Source of the DNA: a candidate division WOR-3 bacterium
Lineage (GTDB): Bacteria > Hydrothermota > Hydrothermia > LBFQ01
Assembly (NCBI GenBank): GCA_039802605.1
Contig: JBDRWW010000017.1
Span: 1 to 19,482 of the forward strand
Direction of reading: 5' to 3'
Length of the DNA stretch: 19,482 bases
Part shown: in pieces, positions 9,347 through 16,348 of the stretch
Position numbering within the stretch: position 1 is the stretch's first letter
Layout: every line of letters starts with the position of its first letter
Position numbers and translations under genes: made by a program
Notes under the pieces: generated by a model
Database searches by the model: none
What the model saw: only the letters and a program-made list of their open reading frames with translations
What the model was told of the DNA's origin: nothing

Positions 9347-9375
9347 CCGAACACCTCCTTTATATCAACCTTCAT
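9343..9375 (-). pseudogene. Remnant 3' end of a third Uma2 gene, now a 10-codon minigene MKVDIKEVFG*
   Basis: Matches the C-terminus of copy A (LEVDLKEVFG*) and makes the same ATGA junction. Confidence 0.6.
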
Positions 9376-9417
9376 ACTTTTTAAAAGCCAAATCGGGTAC
9401 GGTTATGTACAACACAA

Positions 9418-9449
9418 ATTCTAAGGTGGAAAACTATCGCCCTTATAAT
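9418..9449. promoter_or_regulatory. Divergent -10 boxes: TAGAAT (- strand, 9418-9423, toward Uma2) and TATAAT (+ strand, 9444-9449, tRNA promoter)
   Basis: Both hexamers are preceded by CCT. The TATAAT lies 10 nt upstream of tRNA position 1. Confidence 0.55.
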
Positions 9450-9459
9450 ACCCACTTCT

Positions 9460-9534
9460 GCCCCCATCGTCTAGCCAGGTCCAGGACGCGTGGTTCTCAG
9501 CCACGAAACCCGGGTTCAAATCCCGGTGGGGGCG
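9460..9534 (+). tRNA. tRNA-Glu (anticodon CTC), CCA not encoded
   Basis: Acceptor stem GCCCCCA/TGGGGGC, anticodon arm CGTGG-TTCTCAG-CCACG (CTC at 9496-9498), T arm CCGGG-TTCAAAT-CCCGG and discriminator G9534. Confidence 0.96.
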
Positions 9535-9536
9535 TT

Positions 9537-10985
9537 TTGCTTGAAAAAGTTTTAAGGGATTATGAGGGTTTTCGAGAGGAAATACTAAGGGAAAGCTATC
9601 TACTAGGTGCCGGTTTAAAGGAAAAAGCCGAATACGATTCAATATTTCAAAGATATGCCGAGTTATTCACTTTGGAAACGGTGGGGAAGGTTATAAAGGA
9701 GAAAAACAATTTACCCGAAGATGCACCAAGCGAGGAATTTGAGGCCTTTGATAGGGTAATTTTTGCTTTGTTGGAAAACTTTTTATTTCTAAAAACCGTA
9801 AAGGATATTCAAAAACTTCAAGAGTTGGAAATTTCAAAAACCTTGGATTTTAACGGCAAAAGAATACCTTTCAGAATGTTGGCCAATATAATTGAAAGGG
9901 AAGAAAGCAGGGATATGAGGAGGTCTCTAAGCGAAAGGGCCATACCTATAATTGAGGAATTGAGCAAATATAAGGTTGAAATAGCGAGGAAGAGGTTAAA
10001 CATAATTAGGAAAGAGTTCGGATACCCAAGCATATTATCCTATGAAAGCGACAGGTTGAATGAAGATATAAAGGGTTATGCAAATTCTTTATCGGGTTTT
10101 TTAAAGGAAACGGAAAGGGAGTATAGGGATTTGGCCGGGTGGGTTTTTAAGGAATTCTTGGGGTTGGATTGGGGTGAGGTTCAGACATACGATATAAACT
10201 TCCTTTTATCCGGTTATCATTTCCGGGATTTTAAAACGGATGATTACAAGTATATTTTGGACGAAACATTAAAAGGCATGGGTTTAAACCTGCAAGAAAT
10301 AAAAAATCTAAAAATAGACGATGAGAATAGGCCTACCAAATCCCCAAGGGCCTTTTGCGCCCCAATAAGGATACCCGATGAGGTTATCGTGGTTATAAAG
10401 CCTTCCGGATACTTCAAGGATATATCCACACTTTTCCACGAGATGGGGCACGCTTTACACTTTGCGCATACCGATAAGGGTTTGCCTGCAATTTACAGAT
10501 TAATAGGCAGGTCTGGAACATCGGAGGTTTTCGCCTTTAACCTTCAATATATTACCGATTCAAAACCTTGGATTGAAAGGTTTTTTGGGAAAAACGAAAG
10601 ATTGGAAAGTTTTGTGAATTACAGAAAATTCGCATATTTATATTTGAGGCGGAGATATGCGGCCAAGGTCGTATATGAAACCAGGCTGTTTTCCGGGGAT
10701 AATTGGGAAGACATAGGCCCAAAGTTATATTCACAAATACTTACGGATGCCACGGGTGTATTTCACCCCCCGTATAACTATTTTTGGGATTTGGATTTCG
10801 GTTTTTACAGCGTTGATTACTCACAGGCTTGGGAAGTCGAATACGCTTTAAGGGAATATTTGAAGGGTGAGTTTGGTGATGATTGGTATTTTAACGGAGA
10901 GAGTGGAGAATTTTTGAAGGGTTTGTGGGGTTTGGGGCTCAGGTATTCCCCCCTTCAACTCGCAAAAAAGTTAAGGCTTTGGTAG
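9537..10985 (+). CDS. Gluzincin zinc metallopeptidase (M3/oligoendopeptidase F-like)
   Basis: LFHEMGHALH (HExxH), downstream SEVFA third ligand and RPTKSPRAFC. The start was moved to the TTG at 9537 because the 9405 extension runs through the tRNA. Confidence 0.8.
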   Translation: MLEKVLRDYEGFREEILRESYLLGAGLKEKAEYDSIFQRYAELFTLETVGKVIKEKNNLPEDAPSEEFEAFDRVIFALLENFLFLKTVKDIQKLQELEISKTLDFNGKRIPFRMLANIIEREESRDMRRSLSERAIPIIEELSKYKVEIARKRLNIIRKEFGYPSILSYESDRLNEDIKGYANSLSGFLKETEREYRDLAGWVFKEFLGLDWGEVQTYDINFLLSGYHFRDFKTDDYKYILDETLKGMGLNLQEIKNLKIDDENRPTKSPRAFCAPIRIPDEVIVVIKPSGYFKDISTLFHEMGHALHFAHTDKGLPAIYRLIGRSGTSEVFAFNLQYITDSKPWIERFFGKNERLESFVNYRKFAYLYLRRRYAAKVVYETRLFSGDNWEDIGPKLYSQILTDATGVFHPPYNYFWDLDFGFYSVDYSQAWEVEYALREYLKGEFGDDWYFNGESGEFLKGLWGLGLRYSPLQLAKKLRLW

Positions 10986-12122
10986 TTTTAGAATATCGAG
11001 GCATTTGAGGTATAAACTCTCCGGGAAATGGGGAATGTATGGGTGATCCTTTGGTTGGGTTCTTATTGATAATACGGCTACCGGTATTCCCGTATCAAAG
11101 CTCGCCAACCTTATCTGGCTTAGCATATCCTTAATATCCATCTGATAAGTGCAAGAACATATAAAAAGTCTCCCGTAATCCTTCAACCTCTTCAAGGATA
11201 AAACGGTAAGCTTCCATATAGCCCACTTAATACTTTCCTTTTCGGACTTCTTCTTTGAGATGGCGGGAGGGTCCGCTATAATTAGGTCGTAAAGTTCATT
11301 TTCCGCTTTTAAAAACTCAAAGGCATCAAAGTTTATGAGATTTACATTTTTGCATCCGTTCAGTCTCAAATTTTCTTTCGCAATTTCAAGGGCATTATCG
11401 TTTATATCAACCGCAACTATTTCCCTTGCCTTTTTTGATAGATATACGGAAAAGGCACCGGTATAACAAAAGAGATCCAAAACCCTTTCACCACCCCTTA
11501 AACTCTCAAAAAGGTACTTCCTGTTATCCCTTTGATCCAAGTAAAAACCCGTTTTTAAACCTCCAACTATATCCACCAAGAAGTTAAACCCGTTTTCTTC
11601 AATTATTAAACTTTCGGGAATTCTACCGTATAACAACCCCTTAAAGGGTTTCAATCCTTCATCTTTACGGGATGTCATATCACTCCTCTCGTATATGAAT
11701 TCCGGTGAGAAGGATTTTTTTAACCCTTCAACCACAAAGTTTTTAAAAACTTCCATAGGCTTAGACCTTATTTGTATAACAAATCCGTCTTTATACCTAT
11801 CAACTATTAACCCCCCTAGGAAATCGCTTTCCGAAAACACCAAACGGTAGGCGTTTGAATCAATGCCTTCCCTTATATTTAATGCCCTAACGAACCTCCT
11901 TTCAAAGAAATCCCCGTTTATTCTTTCCCTCTCAAACCCTAAGAACCTAAACCTAATCCTTGAATTTGGGGAATAGGTTCCAAATGCTACAAAACCCCTT
12001 TTATCATATACCTCCGCCTCATAACCCTCACCCTCAACCCTTATTATCTCATCCGCAAAAACCCAAGGGTATAACCTTTTAACCTTCCTTGAAACCTTAT
12101 CCCCTACGAGGATTTTAACCAA
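10971..12122 (-). CDS. Class I SAM-dependent rRNA m5C methyltransferase, RlmI/YccW family
   Basis: PUA-like YPWVF, RLVFSESDFLGGLIVD, KTGFYLDQRDNR, VLDLFCYTGAF, DPP, CSC and YLK. Confidence 0.88.
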   Translation of the reverse strand: MVKILVGDKVSRKVKRLYPWVFADEIIRVEGEGYEAEVYDKRGFVAFGTYSPNSRIRFRFLGFERERINGDFFERRFVRALNIREGIDSNAYRLVFSESDFLGGLIVDRYKDGFVIQIRSKPMEVFKNFVVEGLKKSFSPEFIYERSDMTSRKDEGLKPFKGLLYGRIPESLIIEENGFNFLVDIVGGLKTGFYLDQRDNRKYLFESLRGGERVLDLFCYTGAFSVYLSKKAREIVAVDINDNALEIAKENLRLNGCKNVNLINFDAFEFLKAENELYDLIIADPPAISKKKSEKESIKWAIWKLTVLSLKRLKDYGRLFICSCTYQMDIKDMLSQIRLASFDTGIPVAVLSIRTQPKDHPYIPHFPESLYLKCLDILKLPKP

Positions 12123-12503
12123 CTATGCGGATTTCGGTCTTGCCTTATACCCCGCCTTTTTTATTGCACTTATAACCTTATCCATAACCACATTATCCCC
12201 CCATACCTTCAAAGTCTTCGTATCCCATATGTATTCCATAGCGACAACGCCTTTAACCCCTTTGAGATTGGTCTCTATCTTCTCTACACAATGTTCGCAC
12301 ATAACCCCATTTACGGTAAGTTCATAAACCTTATAATTGGATAAATCGGCATTCTCAACGAATACGGCTTTGTAGGGTTTTAGAGATTCTTCATCCTCGT
12401 TTATGTATTGGGCCTTCGCCTTTCCATCCCCCGGGCACGCCCAAAGGCTTGTATAATATCCCGCTATCAAACCGGCCGCCAAAATCAAAATCATCCTTTT
12501 CAT
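12123..12503 (-). CDS. Exported heavy-metal-associated (HMA, CopZ/MerP-like) protein
   Basis: N-terminal signal peptide, GVMCEHC metal-binding motif and C-terminal AIKKAGY. Confidence 0.82.
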   Translation of the reverse strand: MKRMILILAAGLIAGYYTSLWACPGDGKAKAQYINEDEESLKPYKAVFVENADLSNYKVYELTVNGVMCEHCVEKIETNLKGVKGVVAMEYIWDTKTLKVWGDNVVMDKVISAIKKAGYKARPKSA

Positions 12504-12512
12504 AGTATGGAA

Positions 12513-12521
12513 ATTATAAGG
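12513..12521 (-). promoter_or_regulatory. CCT-TATAAT -10 element
   Basis: 9 nt upstream of the ATG at 12503, in a 26-nt intergenic gap with no SD. Confidence 0.55.
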
Positions 12522-12529
12522 GTGAAAAA

Positions 12530-12973
12530 TTAATCCCCTTTCAACCTCTTTTTTCCGAAGTATTCCTCCATCAGAGTTTTAACCCTTTCTCCAAAGGGGC
12601 CTTTACGCACTACAACCCTATGGTTTAACCTTGTATCCAAAGGAATCTGGTATAGGGTATATGTTCCACCGAATTTTTCGTTCGGTATGGAGAAAATCAC
12701 CTCTTTTACCTTCGCCAAAACCAACGCCCCGCTGCACATAATACAAGGCTCAACGGTTACATAAACACTTGAATCCCTTAAATCTTTTGTGTCCGCCTTC
12801 AACATCGCCAAAATCTCGGCGTGAAATAAGGGGTTTTTTGAAGTCAAATTGTGCGCCTTGGAAACCAACCTATCTCCTTTTACGATAACCGCACCAACGG
12901 GTACTTCACCCTTCCGCAAAGCCTTCTCGGATTCGCATATTGCAAGGGACATCCAAAACTCATCTTTCCCCAT
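12530..12973 (-). CDS. tadA: tRNA adenosine(34) deaminase
   Basis: GEVPVGAVIV, HAE, EPCIMC and RLNHR motifs of TadA. Confidence 0.85.
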   Translation of the reverse strand: MGKDEFWMSLAICESEKALRKGEVPVGAVIVKGDRLVSKAHNLTSKNPLFHAEILAMLKADTKDLRDSSVYVTVEPCIMCSGALVLAKVKEVIFSIPNEKFGGTYTLYQIPLDTRLNHRVVVRKGPFGERVKTLMEEYFGKKRLKGD

Positions 12974-13955
12974 TAACCTCTTCTGCTTTAAGAACCTTAT
13001 ACCTGCTTACAGCAGCCAACCTAACGGCTTTGTCGTATGTTATCCAGTAAAATGTATCGTTTTTTACAGTCCCCGCAAGGAACCTCTTATCCCCAAAATC
13101 AATGGCGTATATTAGCTTCCCGTCGTAGTAATACCGAATATCCTTCAAAGTTAAAACCCAAAGTGTATCGCCCTTGGTACCCACCGACATGACACGGTTT
13201 AAAATAACGGCCTTACCCGGTCCCTTGGGAATTATTTGGGGTTTTCCTAGATAAACCTTTGAAATTAAACTCTCGTTTTCAATATCGTAAATTTCCATCG
13301 TATCCAACGCTTCGGAAAGGTAGTACATCTTTCCGTCCGATACGGCTACAAATTTTCGGAAATTATATGCCGAAGAATACTTTTTAAACTCGTTGTAATA
13401 ATCCCTTAAACTCTTAAACTTTGGGGCCGCTTTTATTAAATCGCCCAAACGGGAGCATGCACCGAAGTACAGCGCCGGAGAAACGGGTTTCCCTATAAAC
13501 ATATCCTTTGTAACCACAAATGAATACCAATCGGTATAAATTGTATCCGGAATATCAACGGAGGTTGTGTTTTTCCCTTCTACAATTTTCAAAAGTTTAA
13601 AATCCCTAACCCTTCTCCTACCCTCCGTTTTCCAATCCTCAACAAAAACCCAAACCCCACCCTCCGGATCCGGTGCTACATCTTTTACGGTTTGATTGGT
13701 AATACTGTATTCCCACAACTTCTGACCCAAGGGCATGCTAATCGCGAGTAATCTCATCTCGTTGACGCCCCCTCCCCTCCCCATCAATATAACCATTTCG
13801 TTATTTTTCTTGTTATCAAATACCACCTTCAAGGGGAAAAATCCCCGCATATATTCCGAGGGTTCCGGTATGTTCATAAAATCGCTTGGACCCTGTGGTG
13901 CGCACCCGAAAATTATCCCCAAAACCGTCAATAAGGAAAACAACCTTTTACCCAT
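12960..13955 (-). CDS. Hypothetical lipoprotein, probably a beta-propeller
   Basis: Lipobox IFGC and short beta-strand blades (DVAPDPEGGVWVF, VAVSDGKMYYL). The ATG at 13955 lies 8 nt after TATAAT (13964-13969). Confidence 0.6.
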   Translation of the reverse strand: MGKRLFSLLTVLGIIFGCAPQGPSDFMNIPEPSEYMRGFFPLKVVFDNKKNNEMVILMGRGGGVNEMRLLAISMPLGQKLWEYSITNQTVKDVAPDPEGGVWVFVEDWKTEGRRRVRDFKLLKIVEGKNTTSVDIPDTIYTDWYSFVVTKDMFIGKPVSPALYFGACSRLGDLIKAAPKFKSLRDYYNEFKKYSSAYNFRKFVAVSDGKMYYLSEALDTMEIYDIENESLISKVYLGKPQIIPKGPGKAVILNRVMSVGTKGDTLWVLTLKDIRYYYDGKLIYAIDFGDKRFLAGTVKNDTFYWITYDKAVRLAAVSRYKVLKAEEVNGER

Positions 13956-14003
13956 CAACGGGTATTATAAGAGGGGAAGATTTATCTGTGGGAATTTTTC
14001 GCC

Positions 14004-14032
14004 TTGAAATTATAACCTTACAACCTTAAAAT
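14004..14032 (+). promoter_or_regulatory. Near-consensus sigma70 promoter TTGAAA-17-TAAAAT
   Basis: -35 at 14004-14009, -10 at 14027-14032, and the ATG at 14041 follows 8 nt later with no SD. Confidence 0.65.
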
Positions 14033-14040
14033 ACCCACCG

Positions 14041-14292
14041 ATGGAGAGGAGGAAATTTTTAAAGCTACTTGCGCTGTTGGGTATTGGATTTTTGCCCTTT
14101 ACAAAACTCTCCGCCGGTAGGGAAACCCTAATACTCAACTCTACGGGCTATAAGGTTTTGAAAATGCACGGGATGGGTTTAACCCCCGAGGAAATAGCGA
14201 GAAAACTAACGCAAGAATACGAGGTTGATTACGAAACCGCTTATAGGGATGTTTTGGATTTCTTAAAGGAGGTTAAGGGGTTTAAACTTTAA
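14041..14292 (+). CDS. PqqD/RRE-family small protein with an N-terminal twin-arginine-like signal
   Basis: LNSTG...T.EEIARKL.QEYEVD.ETA..DV.DFL.E is the PqqD helical signature. The N-terminus is MERRKFLKLLALLGIG. Confidence 0.75.
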   Translation: MERRKFLKLLALLGIGFLPFTKLSAGRETLILNSTGYKVLKMHGMGLTPEEIARKLTQEYEVDYETAYRDVLDFLKEVKGFKL

Positions 14293-14960
14293 TGACCGTT
14301 ATCTCCATTAGTGATGTTTATAAGTCTTACAACGGTTTGGAAGTTTTAAAAGGGGTTAATTTACGGGTTAATAAAGGGGATTTTATAATAATATTCGGTG
14401 AAATAGGGGCGGGCAAGAGTACCCTTATAAGGATGATGTACTTTCAGGAATTCCCCGATAAAGGTTCCGTTGAGGTTTTGGGGTTATCTTCGGATGAGGC
14501 TAAGAAAAAAAAGAATAAAGTTCAGGAAATAAGGAAAAGGATAGGGGTTATAACCCAAGAGCCGGTTTTCCTAAACGAGATGACCTGTTTGGAAAACATA
14601 ACCTTTGTTTTGGAATCGTTGGGCTTTAATAAAAAATTGGCGGAGAATAGGGCAAAGGAAGCCTTAGAGAGGGTGGGTATGGCGGATTATATGAACAAGT
14701 ACCCTTATGAGCTTTCCGCGGGACAGAAACAGAAAATTTCAATAGCAAGGGCAATATCAAGGGATCCCATTATCCTTTTGGCGGACGATCCGACTTTGGG
14801 ATTGGATGATAAATCCACTTATGATATTGAGCATTTATTCCTGTCGTTAAACGAAATGGGTGCAACCATAGTATGGGGGGCAAACCGTATTCCGCAAACC
14901 ATTGGGAAAATATTAAAGGTTTATCATCTACAAGGTGGTTTGTTGGCAAGTATTAGATGA
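14292..14960 (+). CDS. FtsE/LolD-like ABC ATP-binding protein with degenerate catalytic motifs
   Basis: Walker A GEIGAGKST, Q-loop RKRIGVITQ, signature LSAGQKQ, Walker B LLADDP, and FtsE-like NEMGATIV. Confidence 0.8.
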   Translation: MTVISISDVYKSYNGLEVLKGVNLRVNKGDFIIIFGEIGAGKSTLIRMMYFQEFPDKGSVEVLGLSSDEAKKKKNKVQEIRKRIGVITQEPVFLNEMTCLENITFVLESLGFNKKLAENRAKEALERVGMADYMNKYPYELSAGQKQKISIARAISRDPIILLADDPTLGLDDKSTYDIEHLFLSLNEMGATIVWGANRIPQTIGKILKVYHLQGGLLASIR

Positions 14961-15442
14961 ATAGATTTCTAATACTTTTACTCCTTTCGGGGTGCAGTAA
15001 GGTGGTTTTTGAGCATAGGTGTAAGGATATTGATACATTAAAGGTGTTTGAGGATAGCGCGGTTATAAACCTTCGGGATAGATGTTTTTATGTGGAAATA
15101 GGTGAAGGGAAAAGTTTAAAGGATATATCCGTAGATTTGGGTAAGGTGGTTAATTACGGGAATGTGGAGGGTATAGAGCTAGGGGTAGGGGAGATAAAAA
15201 ACTATGGGTACATACAACGGATAAATTTGGGAATAGGGGACTTTGATAATCTCGGTAAGGCAGATAGTGTTGGTATAGGCATTGGTAAAACGGTTAACAG
15301 GGGTGTTATGGAAAAGGTGTCCATAGGTATAGGTGAAGTGGAAAATTATGGTAAGATTTTAAAGGAAGTTGAGGTGGGCGTAGGGAGAATTAAGGACAAT
15401 GGGGAAATATCGGGAAAAAGAAAGGTGGGCTTGGGTTTATAA
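14957..15442 (+). CDS. Small lipoprotein with 16-aa tandem repeats (predicted beta-solenoid)
   Basis: Signal MNRFLILLLLSGC followed by six repeats of [IV]x[LIV]G[IV]GxxxNxG. Confidence 0.65.
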   Translation: MNRFLILLLLSGCSKVVFEHRCKDIDTLKVFEDSAVINLRDRCFYVEIGEGKSLKDISVDLGKVVNYGNVEGIELGVGEIKNYGYIQRINLGIGDFDNLGKADSVGIGIGKTVNRGVMEKVSIGIGEVENYGKILKEVEVGVGRIKDNGEISGKRKVGLGL

Positions 15443-15448
15443 ACCCAA
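15431..15448. repeat. Perfect 18-bp palindrome TTGGGTTTATAAACCCAA spanning two convergent stop codons
   Basis: The sequence is its own reverse complement and encodes L-G-L-stop on both strands. Confidence 0.9.
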
Positions 15449-16336
15449 TTCCAATTCCCTTATAAATCCCAAGTTTTCGCGCCAATTTTTCTTAACCTTG
15501 ACCCAAAGTTCTAAATAAACCTTTCTACCCAATAGGGCCTCCAATTCTTTCCTCGCCTGTGTTCCCACCTTTTTCAAGGCTTGTCCCCCCTTACCTATCA
15601 ATATCCCCTTTTGGGAATCCCTTTCAACATAAATGGTTGCCCTTATGTATATCGGGTCGTTTTCTCCCTTTGGTTCCCTAAACTCCTCAACTTTCACGGC
15701 CGTCGAGTAGGGTATCTCCTGACGATAATAAAGGAATATCTTTTCCCTTATTATTTCCGCAACTATGAACCTTAAAGGCTTATCCGTTATCTCATCCGTT
15801 GGATAAAAGGGTTCCCCCTCGGGTAAATGTTTCTTTATTTCCTCCAAAAGTATATCAAGGCCATCACCCTTTAACGCGCTTATAGGTACATAAGCCGCGA
15901 AATCGTAGAGTTTTGAGTATGTATCCATTATCGGCAATAAAGCGTTTTTATGAACGGTATCAATCTTGTTTATTACGAGTATAACGGGCGTGTTCTTTTC
16001 CTTTGCAATGGTTTTTAACTCATCCGCGATACTCTCTTCCAAATCCGTTGGCATCACGGGTTCAACAACCCATAAAACCACATCCGCATCCCTCATAGAT
16101 TCCTTAGCCTCTTTTAGCATATAGTCGTGCAGGGCATACATACTTTTTTTGAATATTCCCGGTGTGTCCAAGATTAGTATTTGGGCGTCCGCTTCGTTTA
16201 TTATTCCGAGGATTTTATACCTCGTGGTTTGGGGTTTTGGACTGACAGCCGCAAGTTTAAACTTTAAAAGCGCATTTACCAAAGTGGATTTACCCACATT
16301 CGGCCTACCTATTACCGCAACATAACCAACTTTCAC
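15437..16336 (-). CDS. era: GTPase Era
   Basis: GRPNVGKSTL, PQTTR, DTPG, NKID and KH-domain SQKGILIGKGG. GTG start 9 nt after TAAAAT (16346-16351). Confidence 0.97.
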   Translation of the reverse strand: MKVGYVAVIGRPNVGKSTLVNALLKFKLAAVSPKPQTTRYKILGIINEADAQILILDTPGIFKKSMYALHDYMLKEAKESMRDADVVLWVVEPVMPTDLEESIADELKTIAKEKNTPVILVINKIDTVHKNALLPIMDTYSKLYDFAAYVPISALKGDGLDILLEEIKKHLPEGEPFYPTDEITDKPLRFIVAEIIREKIFLYYRQEIPYSTAVKVEEFREPKGENDPIYIRATIYVERDSQKGILIGKGGQALKKVGTQARKELEALLGRKVYLELWVKVKKNWRENLGFIRELELGL

Positions 16337-16348
16337 AAGTTGTGAATT

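Larger units (their letters stand above)
8238..9371 (-). repeat. Tandem direct repeat of ~551 bp (two Uma2 units plus the 3' tail of a third)
   Basis: ccttcatccgaacacctcctttaWatcaacct occurs at 8789-8820 and at 9340-9371 with one mismatch. Confidence 0.85.

Noticed and set aside
8789..9371. 32-bp direct repeat as a CRISPR repeat or attachment site
   Set aside because: There are only two copies, 551 bp apart, they are explained by Uma2 gene junctions, and no cas genes are present.
9460..9534. tRNA as an integration site for a Uma2-bearing island
   Set aside because: No integrase and no duplicated tRNA 3' end were seen, and the Uma2 genes lie on the 5' side.
4303..9534. Functional link between gatB and the nearby tRNA-Glu
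   Set aside because: GatCAB acts on mischarged tRNA-Gln/tRNA-Asn, not tRNA-Glu, and the two are separated by opposite-strand genes.
9405..9536. 44-codon N-terminal extension of the peptidase ORF reading through the tRNA
   Set aside because: It is the translation of the promoter and tRNA-Glu sequence, and the TATAAT promoter lies downstream of the ATG at 9405.
12960..15442. Complete RiPP biosynthetic cluster around the PqqD-like gene
   Set aside because: No radical SAM, lasso cyclase/peptidase, YcaO or convincing precursor peptide was found in the window.
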